Below are positions 13,601-25,741 of a DNA stretch of 64,000 nucleotides, piece by piece; positions within the stretch are counted from its first letter, which is position 1, and every line of letters starts with the position of its first letter. Below the pieces are notes generated by a model. It was not told where the DNA came from. It worked only from the letters and a program-made list of their open reading frames with translations, and ran no database searches. Origin of the DNA: Gnetum montanum (taxonomy: Eukaryota; Plantae; Gnetophyta); the NCBI GenBank assembly GCA_015680685.1, contig MNCI01001933.1, positions 160,817-224,816 of the forward strand, written 5' to 3'. The position numbers and the translations under genes were made by a program.

Positions 13601-16600
13601 ATGCAAAGATGGATGCATGTCTTACTACCTAGAGTTTCTGCATACAATTGTACCCTATATTGCTATACGTGATGCATGGAATCTTCCCAAATACATTTTC
13701 TTTAAATATTTCTAAAACAAGATCTCTGATGCCCATTCTTGCATCAATGATGCATAGCCATGCCCTTCCCATGATGATTGAGTAGTCCCCTTTGCAGTTC
13801 TTCACTTTGATCACTAGGAAATTAGCAGGATAAGATCACCCATAAACAATGGTCATGATGTCTTTTACCAGTTCCAATGGAATAGTGATGGACTAGTCTA
13901 CCAATTCTAATCTAATATTGCTCTTCTTTAGAGAAGGTAGGTTCCATGTAGTATACATCTCGTGAGAGATCAGGTTGACACCGGAACTGGAATCAAGAAG
14001 AGCCTTACATGGTTTGTTCCTAGCAATCTACAAATAAATCAGACTTCTAGGATCTACTAATTTTCTGGAAAGGTTTCCAGCATGGATCTAATCAAATATA
14101 AGTAAGCATCACAGTATGGATCCTGGGCAGTGTTTGGTTTGAAGGGGACTTGAAGGAATTTGATATAGAGAAAGACGAAGGAACAAGGTTATCAACCATA
14201 GGTGTATTTGAGGGCTTAGGTGGACTATGTGGTCGAAAAAAAGTTCTTTTATTTGATTCAGTATCTAAACCACTTTTTTGATGAACCAGTTATAGATTAA
14301 TGGCCCTAGTAGCATTGTGTTGAGCTAGTAGTTCACCCTACATAGGTGGAGCAGGTGGTAGCTATGCTGAGGATGGAGGAAGATTTGCAAGAATAGGAGG
14401 AGGATAAGGGTAAGAGGTGGTATCTCTTCTTGCATGTGGAGAATGAGTTCTATAATAATCAAAAGGATGGTAGTGAGATTAGAAAGTAGAAACATGACTG
14501 AAGGAGTGACATGGAGACAGGGGTTGCTGAACGTAGTACCCATATGGATCAGGTTGTTTGTAAGGGTATTGTTACCTTGGTGGTGCCAGTAGCCATGACT
14601 ATGATTGTTGCCACTGTTGATACTGCTCATATGGTTGCAATAGAGTTCCACTTGGATAATATTATTGTTGCTGGTGGAACTGCCTAGAATTACCTTGAAG
14701 ATAAGGCAATATTCTAGATGTTTGCCTTTGTATTAGTCATGGATTCAAAGCATACACCCCAAATTCTTGTAAGTGTGACATTATGGGGCAACATCCCTTA
14801 GGATGTTCATATTGGAAGATGTCACATCCACCATCATCATTTGATTCACTTTTCACAACTTCTTGTATTGTAGCAATCTTGCTCTTACCTTTTTAATAGG
14901 CACACTCAACTTCTTTGTGCCTCCTATGCTCAAAATCACTACCTCGTTCTTTGGACTCTTCAACAATTTTTAGGACAACTTAAAAGCTGCTATCTATGGA
15001 GTCCCATAATTGATCAACCTTGGTCATAATTTTAGATTGAAATTTTTAAAGTGAAAAGGCTTTCCTATTTACCACCTCATCAAGTGCTGATTCTTCCTCA
15101 CTAACACAAAATTGAACCTTCTTCTTGCAAATAGAAGGATCATGGTTTTACTCTTCTGCACTTTTTCATTTTCTTAATTCACCTTCCTCTTTAGCTACCT
15201 GCTTAATCAATCTTTGGATCTAATGGACACTTAATTTTGATAGTCGCCCTTGGGCATAGACTCCAAGGGTTTTCCTTATTTCAAATTGAAGCTCATCTAC
15301 AATGTGGTAAAGTTGCTCTAGTTGAGAATAATCATGGCTAGAACATTTGTATTAAGGAATAGTATCGGCCGATGGAAACATCCAAGGGTTTGTGTATTCC
15401 TTGTTTCCATCCTTGGATTTGCCTTCTCAAGTTGGACACTCTAAAGTGTGTTTGATATTTTTCATTGAACAATTCAAGCATTGTACTCCATCATCTGATA
15501 GATTTTAGTTCTAAGGATCGATACTACTTCTTTAATGAGTGTCATTGAAAACAACTTAAGATTTTGCCACTCATTTTCTATATTTTGTAAAGCACATGCA
15601 TCTTGAAAAGCTTGAAGATGATTCTATGGATTTGAGTTATATCCCCATTTGAACTGAGGGATATTATTCATGTCTAGCCTTTTGATTTGACTCTCCTTTA
15701 TATGCCTTCTTGGAATTCGTGCTGCCTCTATGATGTTTAGCATACTCTAGGTAGTAAGCAAAGGCTCATCAAGGCCTTGATTTTGGTGCCTCTGATGCCC
15801 TATACTACCCCTTTGTTCATGGCATTGTGTCTCTCTTGAATACTCACACCTTTGGTCTTACCTTGCCCAATAGTCCTTTTGATCATTTCAATCTTGTCGA
15901 TCACCTTCATCATGGTTGCACCCTTTACAATTGTCATTAGAGCCAAAAGAAGAAGATAATGATGACAAAGGTGAAGAGGAAGGAGGACTAACAGCATCAT
16001 GGTACTGACTACCACCTCTTCGATGATCGCAACCATGATCATGATCTTGTTTCTTGTCTGCATTCCTACATTGACTTGCCTCTTTGGATCCTTCTTTGTC
16101 ATTGGATCCATTCTTACCAGAACCAAGATTTTGAATTGTAAACTGCAAGTTTTGATTTTGACCTCCTTCACCAAAGTTAAAGAGACGGATTTCACTAAAT
16201 GGAAAATCCCTAGAGAAGGGCTCTCCACCATATTTTTGGTACAATAGGAATGGAGAATCATTAAATCCTTTTCCCTTCGCAGATTCATAACCTTGTTCTA
16301 ATAGACAATCCCTGAGATTTTGTGCCTCAGTGGGATGATAATCCTTGGTGTCACTATCCTACACTACGTACTCAACATGAAGTCCTTGGAGAGCCCCTTG
16401 TATAAGCATTTGTTGGAGCATTGTAGGAATGGATCAATCAAGTAGTAACACAATGTTGCCCTCTATGTCACGCCACCGTAGTTGTTCATCTTGGTGTAGG
16501 ATGAAGGTGAAATTTGGTACATACTCATTAGGATGAGCATATACCACTTAGTATTATTTAGGCATCAGTAGATGTACTTCATTAGACTTAGGCAGAGAAT

Positions 16601-16622
16601 CACTCCTATGAGAAGAAGACAT
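10640..16622 (-). pseudogene. Degenerate gag-pol of element B
   Basis: Start MSSSH at 16622 (element A starts MASSH). ORF fragments: 13629..13814 (protease end), 12784..13107 and 13108..13290 (RT), 11470..11688 (integrase zinc-binding region), 10981..11223 (integrase core). Many TAG/TAA stops. Confidence 0.9.
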
Positions 16623-16781
16623 TTTATGTTAGAAAAATAAAAATGTAGTGTGCTTCTTAAAATTATTGTAGTAATCTTAGATGTGATATGACTCTAAGGT
16701 TCGTTCCAATGATTTAAATAATTTTCACTAAGTCCTAGATAGCACACGAAATAACCAAAATGTCCCCGGTAGTAGTGCTAA

Positions 16782-17648
16782 TGATGAGTGGCGAGGTACC
16801 CTTACGCTCAACCATATGAATCACTAAGATGTTCACGCATGATCTAGTCAAATTCTGTGGACCTATAGTTCTCCAGTGCACTAATCCTCTAAGAAGTAAA
16901 ATGAGCATTGAGAACGTTCATTGTCTTCCCAACTACACTTGTGAAGCTCAAGGATATGGTTTAAGTGTAACTAAGATACATGATTTTTATCATTTTATGT
17001 TTTATAAATTTAATTTCCTAGAACAAGAATGAAAGGTAGAGTAATTTAAAATCTAATTCATCTATTGCCTAGCTAGCCTAACACAAGTACTCCTTCCCAC
17101 TTTCCTGACACATCATAAACACATGTAGCACTGCTGGGTTACCAAACATTAAGTGTTTCTGGGTTACCAAGTGCTACACGTATGCTCAAAGTGGCCGTGC
17201 TTGTGTTTATTAACAACTGAAAATTAATTGCTTAATGAAAATACATTAAAGTAAAGTGCATGAACGTAGAGTGCATGAACATTAAATGCATTAAGTAAAC
17301 ATTAATCTATTCTCAGTGCTACAGGGATGATCAAAAGAACTCATCTTTATTTCCGTCACATTGCTATGCTTAGGTACATCAGTGTTTGAATAAAGATCCG
17401 TACACACTTAAGCTCTTGTTGTGAGCACTTAGAAAATATTCTAACTCTGGAGAAAAAAAATTGTAAGAACTTCACTACCTATGATAAAAATTGATATAAA
17501 CTAATTGAAAATTGTGAGCCCAAGCACTATATTTATAGGCTAGCATATACCTTATGATATCAGATATTTGACATCATGTTAAGGCTCTAACATCAGGTAT
17601 CTAATATTGAGGCTTCGATATTGGAGTAGATTAAAACATGATTCATCA
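16782..17648 (-). repeat. 5' LTR of element B
   Basis: Direct repeat of 7678-8544, followed on the minus strand by the decayed PBS ttagcactactaccggggac. Confidence 0.93.
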
Positions 17649-18367
17649 TCTTGCAACGGGCAAGACATTGTAGTTCATGCTATTCATAGAGTTTGATAGT
17701 GCAAGTGGATGCGACTCGCATGTTCACAGAATTTGACAATGTGAGTGGCAGTGACTCCCATGTTCACATAGAAAGAAAAATGTCAATGTGTGATTGGCTA
17801 CAAGTGGTAGCAATTCACAATGTGTGTCACATGATAGTGTAGTTTTTGTTTGCAATTCATGATGTGAACCACTACGATTAGTAGGATTTGGAAAAAAGTA
17901 TGTTGTGAGTACATGCAAGTCACAGTTTCTCGCAATTTACAAAAAGTTAGCTATTAACTTATGACATTGTATTAGTGAATATTATCAATTCTAACATCAT
18001 TATTCCTTTACATTTTTTTCATTGTAGGATTATTATAGAAGGCTATGATTCTATTTAGATTACCTAGCATTGTGAGTTATTGTTAAAGTTCTGTAAAAAC
18101 ATGGAGCTTGTAAAAATGATGGGGATTAGCAAAAGGGATCTTTCACGTGAGTACTTGTTGTGCTTTATATGAAATGATTTTAGAATTGATATTATAGATG
18201 TGTTAATTCAAGTATTTTTCTTTATTTTATGGTTATGTTATAGTTATTTGCATGAATTGCAACTATTTGCATTATTTGTGAATATAATCTGCAAACAATT
18301 CTAAACTTGCCAGAAATGTCTGTTCTTTACCAAATATTGAAGAAAATTGAAATTTATCAATGGATGA

Positions 18368-19193
18368 TGATGAGACGCGACATGCACAGTGCCGCGATAT
18401 CGCGGCCGCCGCGATATCGCATGGGATGTGATATCGCAGTCCGCCACCATATCTATAAATAAGAGGCGGCACTCCCCTTATTTCCCAATCCTGGCTAGAA
18501 GTAGCGAAGCTCTAGCAGATTGGTCACTCCAGAGTTAGAATTTCTCCCCATGTGCCCGCAGTAGGAGTCCTAGAGTGAACGGCTCTTTATTCGAGCAGCT
18601 TGTAACCTGAACCCAAGTTGTGTACGACAATAAAGACGAACTTGATTGGATAAACCTTGCAGCACGTGGTTTTATTGTTGTTTATTTACTGCTTTCCTAG
18701 TGCGCACAAGTATGACTTGATTACAAGCGTCTACGGACGTGTACGGCTAATCAAGGAATCGGCTGCTTATCACACTTAAGCTAAATAGGTGCCTCAGTAT
18801 GACCACTTCGAGCACTTGCGTTACGTGTGGTGATCCCAGTAACGATTAGCGTTTGGTAAGCCACAGTTGCATAGTTCAGGGTGTGTCCGGTAAGTGGGAA
18901 CAGATGCTGATGCTAGTTAATTTAGACTTAGGACATTGGTTAGAGTTAGTTGGTCTCTCAACCCTTTCTCCCATAGCTTGGGCGATAAACCTGAAAATAC
19001 CAAAAAAATCACATACCTCAGACTTGCTTAACCATACACCGTGACACTTACAAGCAAGCCTGGGAAGACAACGAACGATTAACCACAAGTGTCTCTTGTG
19101 GTGTTAAGGCATTTAGTCTGCGGAGTTCGATCGGATCGCGCGTGCACGCTCGTATTCGTATGGTTGGGTGTAGGGGTACCTCGCCACTCATCA
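18368..19193 (+). repeat. 5' LTR of element A (826 bp)
   Basis: About 97% identical by eye to the 3' LTR outside a ~216-bp indel and a variable palindrome block. TATA-like ctataaata at ~18453. Confidence 0.95.
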
Positions 19194-19212
19194 TTGGCGT
19201 CGTTGCCGGGGA
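19194..19212 (+). other. Primer-binding site (tRNA-Asp type, Athila signature)
   Basis: ttggcgtcgttgccgggga immediately after the LTR end CA. Confidence 0.9.
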
Positions 19213-19338
19213 CTAAGTGTTTTCACGCCAATTGAACATAAGGGATATCACTCACATCGTTGTGAGCCTAAACGAACCTTAGGGTTAATCAGTTACTCAA
19301 GAACATCAATTAACGGTAGAAACAGCACACCATTAGAA

Positions 19339-22300
19339 ATGGCTTCTTCTCACGAAATCAACTCACCTAAGGACAACACAGGAGAAGGTCAGCATCAAAC
19401 GCATAACCCAGATCAGCCAGGTCCTAAACAATCGAAGGTCACATATACTCATCCTGATGAGTATGTCCTTGACTTTACTTTTATTTTTCATCAAGATGAA
19501 CAACTACGATGGAGAGATCTGCAAGGTAACATCGTGTTACCCCCAGATAGATCTACCCCTAACATGCTTTTCCGTGCCTTAGCATAGACTGGCATGCAAG
19601 AACTGATTGCGGAATACGTTTTGGATGATTATGACATAAGGGATTATCATCCCACAAATGCCCAACGTATTCGGGATGCAAGGCAGGAGAGCCAACATTC
19701 ATTATTGAAGGGCAAGGTTCCCCACGTCATTAGTGAAATAGGAGAAGAGGAACCCCTCACGATGGGTTTCTTAGAAAATGATGTTCCTCCTCCTCACTCT
19801 AGTGAAGAGGTTAGGCATCAGGGCCTTAGATCAACGATACATATTCCAGGCTCTGATCCCCGTGAGCACCAGCTGTTCACGGCAGGAACAATCACTCGCA
19901 CTAATGACGGACTCGTTGATCGTCACAACGATCGGGGCCGAAGCAGCCGAAGAGAAGGCAAGAAACATCACCATGGTGATGGATCCCCTTCTTCTTCCCC
20001 TTCATCACATCATTCACCCTCTCCTTCCACATCTGGGCGCAGCCACCATGAGCATAACGCGGAAAGTAAAGGTAGAAGAGATGAAATGCCTCGACAAGAA
20101 GGTCGAGAGGAGTTAGGACAAGGGCAAGGACGTAGGGAGAATAGGGAACCACAACGTAGACATCACAGACGTCATGAAAGAGATGATCATGACGAACCCC
20201 TATTCGCAACCCGAAGTATGCTTGACATTAGAGAGGCAGTTAGGATTCCCACAAGGCATTTGAAAGACAGTAGGATCAAGCGTTTGGATATAAATAATAT
20301 CCCACGTTTTGAAGGGGGATACAACGCTGATCCTCAACATCATTTACAGGCATTCCACGATGCCTGTGCCTTGCAGAACATAGACAATGAGTGGCAGAAA
20401 CTCAAGTTGTTCCCAAGGACACTCACTAAAGAAGCAGAAAGCTGGTACCGGTCCTTAGAACCGGAAACCATCAGGAGGTGGAGTACGATGCTTGAATTGT
20501 TCAACAACAAATATCAAACGTACTCCAGAGTGTCTAACTTGCGTAAGCAGATCCAAGGCTGGAAACAAGGAGCTTATGAATCCTTGGATGCTGCCATGGC
20601 CCGTTACTACACATTGCTACATCGTTGCCCGGGCCATGGGTACGCTAAACGGGATCAACTTCGCCACCTCGTGGATGGGCTACGAAATGAAACGAGAAGA
20701 ACTCTTGGGACTTACGCCCAAGGGAGACTCTCCCAATTAAGAGCCCATGAAGTTGAAGTTTTGTTGGAACAAGTAGCGCAAGAAGAGGGTGAGCTACGTA
20801 AAAGAGAAAGTGCGGAGGAATACAACCGCGATCCCTCCCTTCGCAAGAAGGGAGTGAAATTCTGTGATGAGGAGGATGAGTCACCACTCGAAGAGTTGGT
20901 GAACAGGAAAACCGTGCCGATCCAAAAGTTAACAACGGAGGTATCGGCTAAGGTAGACCAAATGTGGGATTCCTTAGACTCACGAATAGAAACAGTTTTG
21001 AAAATCGTAGAAGAGTCTAAGGATGAGCAAAGTAGTGATAAAAGCAAAAACATGCGGAGAAACTTTAACCCTGCACATAACAAGGGTAAGGGAAAAATCT
21101 CTAACTCCGATGAGGCTGAAAATTCTGATTCAGACAATGACGGTGGATGTGAGGTCTGCTATTATGACCATCCTAAGGGATGTTGTCCAATCATCTCACA
21201 TCTGCAGGAGTCTGGGGTGTATGCATTAAATCCAAGACTTAATCAACGGCAAACACCCAGAAGGTTACCTTATCCACAAGGTAACCCGAGGCAGTTCCAC
21301 CAACCCTTGACGTATTATCCAAGTGGAACACCTCCGCAGCCCATCGAGCAACATCAGCAGTGGCAATACCCACAGTCATGGGGGATGCCACAGCCAACAC
21401 ATCGATACCCTTACCGGCAGCCTGATCCTTATGGTTATTATGTGCAGCAGCCAGTTTCTCCAGGTGACGCTATGAGTCACACTCCACGCCGTCACTACTA
21501 CGCTCGGGAGTACTTCAGAAGGACTCCTTCTCCTCCGGGAGACATTCCACATTCTGTCCATCCTCTAACTCCACCCGCACCTTTTCCTCAAGTAGTTCCC
21601 ATAACACCTCCTGCTCCAACAATGCAAGGGGAATTACCTACCCAACCGCAGCAACGTCACGCCGCGAGATCTGTAAATATTCAGAGTGTAAATATCCAAC
21701 CGGACACTAGTTCTGGCGATAACTGTACAAAAAGGAGACCCTTTTTCAGAACTAGGAGCCCGGATAGGCTCTCGCAACAACAAGCGGACGGGTATATGTA
21801 TAGGCCTCTAACTACTAACACTTCGGAGCACCCTTCAGTCCAAGGGAATGTAACGCATACGGTTATGCTAACACATACCGTAACTGACTGGATCAAGGTA
21901 GGCCACCTTCCCAGGAAACTAACTGATCCTGGGAGTCCCTTTATTCATTTGCAGATCGCTGGGAATGCACCACATCGAGCTCTTCTTGACTCAGGTTCCG
22001 GAGTCAACTTAATTTCGCGAAAGATGTATCACGCCTGGAACCTGCCCCAACTTAAGAAGAGCAACATCCAACTAGAGCTGGCAGACCAGTCCATCACTAT
22101 TCCCTTGGGTTTGGTGGAGGACGTTATTACCACTGTGTGTGGTTGGTCCTACCCAGCGGATTTCCTAGTGATCGATGTTAACAACAACGAAGGGGACTTC
22201 CCAATTATAATGGGAAGGGCATGGCTAAGCACAGTAGATGCATGCCTTAGGATCCGTGATCTTTCCTTGGAAATCTCCAAGATAAACATATGTGGAAAGA

Positions 22301-22683
22301 TCGAGAAGAGGATAGTTCCATGCATCACATACAGTGATTCATCGGGTGATGACACGGAGGAAATGTCTCCATGTCACAGGTGTGCCCAGGAAACTCTGCA
22401 ACAAAGATGCCTGTATGTAGCAACCACACAAGAAGTAGTAGACACCCCGTGGTTGACAGCTTCTCATAAGAGCAAACAAATATGCATGGAACGAACTGAG
22501 GCAACTCATGCCAACAACCGTGGCATAGACACATTGGAACGTGAGCGTCGCCAACTTCCAACCCTGAATTTAAGATCATCAATTGGGAGAAGTTGGGCAC
22601 TGCTTAGAAATTCAAATAGGCGCTCACTACTTCGGATCTCTCCCTCACAACTCAGTCATGGGGGAGATGGCCACCTATGCTAA
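19339..22683 (+). CDS. Gag-aspartic protease polyprotein of element A (one frame with a single internal TAG at 19585-19587; 1029-aa open part 19594-22683)
   Basis: Retrotransposon Gag core (IPRFEG...DPQHHLQAF...KLKLFPRTLTKEAESWY), knuckle CEVCYYDHPKGCCP, Pro/Gln-rich linker, and protease KLTDPGSP...ALLDSGSGVNLI...PIIMGRAWL. ORFs 19339..19587 and 19594..22683 are in the same frame. Confidence 0.9.
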
Positions 22684-24700
22684 TCATATGGGGCCCTCAG
22701 TTCTTTTTCAGTTTTTGTTTTACACGTTTTTGTTTTACAACGTTTTTGTTTTTCACATTTTTGTTTTACAATTTCTTTAACTTTTCTAATTTTTGTTTTA
22801 CAACTTTCTTTAACTTTTCTTGTTTTTGTTTTACAACATCGTTATATTTTTCTATCTTTTTGTGTGTGTGTGTGTGTGTGTCATCCATCATGTAAATTCG
22901 TCACCCAATAAGTGTTCGGGCCGATGGGATGAACTGTTTTTCATTAATTGCTAATGTTTGGTTTTTACCTTTAAGTTACATTGTTGATACTAAGGTATGT
23001 TCTTTTGATATGGCAGGCAATGAGATCACTTCATCCATCCATCCATCAAGTCTATGGTTTCCCTTGGCTTGGAAATGTACAGTTCCCTTCCAATAAGAAC
23101 TTTAACGAACCAGTGACTGGGCATTTCTCAAACTAAGGACGGACTCAAGGATTTGAAACGGGTGTGACTTCAAGGGAACTTGGTGCTCTTGTGTTGGTCA
23201 TTCACTTGGGTGCTTGGATGTTTTCTTCTTGGGTTTTCTTACCGTTCCGATGTAACCCAATAATCGGAAGCTGAGACAATAAAAATAAAGAAGTCTTTGC
23301 ATGGTGTGGTCCCCACGCATAAAAACACAAAACAAAAAAAAAGAAAACAAAATGGAAAAGCAAAAAAAAGAAAAAGAAAAAGCTAAAAAGCTAAAAGTGA
23401 GGATTCAAAGCACACCCCTTAGACGGAATAAATTTGGGCTGCAAGCACTGGTTATGGAACCAAAGTGTTCCCTCTAACTAAGGCCCTTCTCGCTTCCCAT
23501 TCTCTCTGTTGTTTCGTCGGAATGGTGGTGGCTTCTCGAAGTTGCATCCTTGTTACCCAAGTGGATGATTTAACCAACTGCATTGATGCGAAGTCACTGG
23601 AAGTGGTTGGTTTGAGCCCAGAGTTGGAATGAGATTCGCCAAGTCACATTAATCATGTAACACACAAGGGGCTGTACACCACCTTGTTCTTGGGATTCCA
23701 TTCCACTTCTCTTCTTCCCATCCTTCTCTCCATTGTTCACCTCATTGCCGGTTGTATCATTGTATATACTTTGGTTGATGCTTTGTTTTCTTTTTGGTAA
23801 ATTCTTCCGGTTAAGACTTTAACTCTTGTTTCCAAAGGACATTCCCAGAGCCCACGGACTCTTTGAATGTGGGATTGTCAGGGCATTAAGGGCATGAGCC
23901 TGCTTTGGGGAGGACCCACTGACATTCCTATTTGGAACATTAGTTAACTTCTTTTCCTTAACGTTTTGCAATTAATTAACATTTTTGTTCATTTCCATCA
24001 TGACATCCTTTTTATCGATGCCATAGTTGTCCCTTTTTACCTATCATTCCTATTCCTTTTCTCTCTCCATTCTAACGCTACCGGAGGTTCGCGATTAGTC
24101 ATGGGGGTACGGGGCCTGATTTTTCGATTTTTATCCTAAGCCCCGGATTTTTTCGTTTTTCTTCCTAACCCCTATACCTTCGGTAGTCATCATCTATATT
24201 TTCCCAGATCCATATCAGCCATACCACACCTTAGCCAGTGAACCTAAACCGAAGCAAGGTATGCTTTACTTAATGATTCAATTACCCTTGCTAATATATG
24301 ATGGTGTTGTGTGTGCAGATGGCAATCATACAACAACAGAATGGATCTGGAGCAGACACTTGGAATGGAGCAGCGCTGAAGCAGCATGCAAGGAGTGGAA
24401 TTGATAATGCGCTTACAGATGGACAACGAAAGGCGCAATCTAGGCGTTGGCAGCAACAAGACTCTTCTCTCTTCTTCTCTTCTATTCTCTCTCCTCTTTT
24501 CTCTCAGCTGCCAACTGTGGCCTGATGTCATTGTAATAAGGTGTTCACCCATGTTGTCATGAACACCAGTTTTTGTCAAGTCTTGTAATAAAGACCGTTC
24601 ACATGTCATCCCATTAGTTCCATTTCCCCTAATAATCCCATACCTACCTGATATCATTGTAAGGAACTCGAGGACGAGTTTTCATTCAGTCATGGGGGTA

Positions 24701-25741
24701 TGATGAGACGCGACATGCACTGTGCCGCGATATCGCGTCTTCCCCTGCGATATCGCGTACGCGATATCGCGGTCCGCCGCCATATCTATAAATAAGAGGC
24801 GGCACTCCCTTCATTTCCCAATCCTGGCTAGAAGTAGCGAAGCTCTGGCAGATTGATCACTCCAGAGTTAGAATTTTTCCCATGTGCCCGCAGTAGGAGT
24901 CCTAGAGTGAACGGCTCTTTATTCGAGCAGCTTGTAACCTGAACCCAAGTTGTGTACGGCAATAAAGACGAACTTGATTGGATAAACCTTGCAGTACATG
25001 GTTTTATTGTTGTTTATTTACTGCTTTCCTAGTGCGCACAAGTACGACTTGATTACGAGCGTCTACGGACGTGTACGGCTAGTCAAGGAATCGGCTGCTT
25101 GTCGCAACGCATGAGTACAACTTGATTACGAGCATTGGCTGCTTGGTAACCCAGTAGCGTATTCCAGGATTCTACGCTTGGTAATCCCAGTGGTAGTCCA
25201 ATGTGTACGGCTAGTCAAGGAATCGGCTGCTCATCGCTAGGCTAGAACGTGTGATAAGTACGACTTAGTTACGAGCACCCACGGGTGTGTACGGCTAGCT
25301 AAGGAATCGGCTGCTTATCACACTTAAGCTAAATAGGTGCCTCAGTACGACCACTTCGAGCACTTGCGTTACGTGTGGTGATCCCAGTAACGATTAGCGT
25401 TTGGTAAGCCACAGTTGCATAGTTCAGGGTGTGTCCGGTAAGTGGGAACGGATGCTGACGCTAGTTAATTTAGACTTAGGACATTAGTTAGAGTTAGTTA
25501 GTCTCTCAACCCTTTCTCCCATAGCTTAGGCGATAAACCTGAAAATACCAAAAAAATCACATACCTCAGACTTGCTTAACCATACACCGTGACACTTACA
25601 AGCAAGCCTGGGAAGACAACGAACGATTAACCCCAAATGTTTCTTGTGGTGTTAAGGCATTTAGTCTGCGGAGTTCAACCAGATCGCGCGTGCACGCTCG
25701 TATTCGTATGGTTGAGTGTAGGGGTACCTCGCCACTCATCA
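24701..25741 (+). repeat. 3' LTR of element A (1041 bp)
   Basis: Preceded by the PPT and followed by the TSD GATGA. Carries three copies of gtgtacggctagtcaaggaatcggctgct. Confidence 0.95.

Larger units (their letters stand above)
7678..17648 (-). mobile_element. Element B: full-length, decayed Athila-type Ty3/gypsy LTR retrotransposon
   Basis: Two 867-bp LTRs (7678-8544, 16782-17648) with TGATGA...TCATCA ends. TSD tattg/tcttg (4/5). Decayed tRNA-Asp PBS (16762-16781) and PPT at 8545-8555. Domain order is gag, protease, RT (IADSEWVSP, LDGYSGYNQI), RNase H, integrase (TTPYHPQANGQAEVTNREI). Confidence 0.93.
18368..25741 (+). mobile_element. Element A: young non-autonomous Athila-type LTR retrotransposon (Gag-protease only)
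   Basis: LTRs 18368-19193 and 24701-25741 with TGATGAG...CTCATCA ends. Perfect 5-bp TSD GATGA (18363-18367, 25742-25746). tRNA-Asp-type PBS and PPT catgggggta present. No RT, RNase H or integrase motifs. Confidence 0.95.

Noticed and set aside
19585-19593. Programmed stop-codon readthrough or U-to-C editing in the element A gag
   Set aside because: The context TAG ACT GGC is not the CARYYA readthrough motif. The homologous codon in B is Gln. U-to-C editing is known from organelles, not nuclear transposons.
22583-22895. Phe-rich hydrophobic ORFs (also 10342..10623) as an env-like transmembrane protein
   Set aside because: They come from T-rich ttttgttttaca low-complexity repeats, with no env-like domain and no convincing start.
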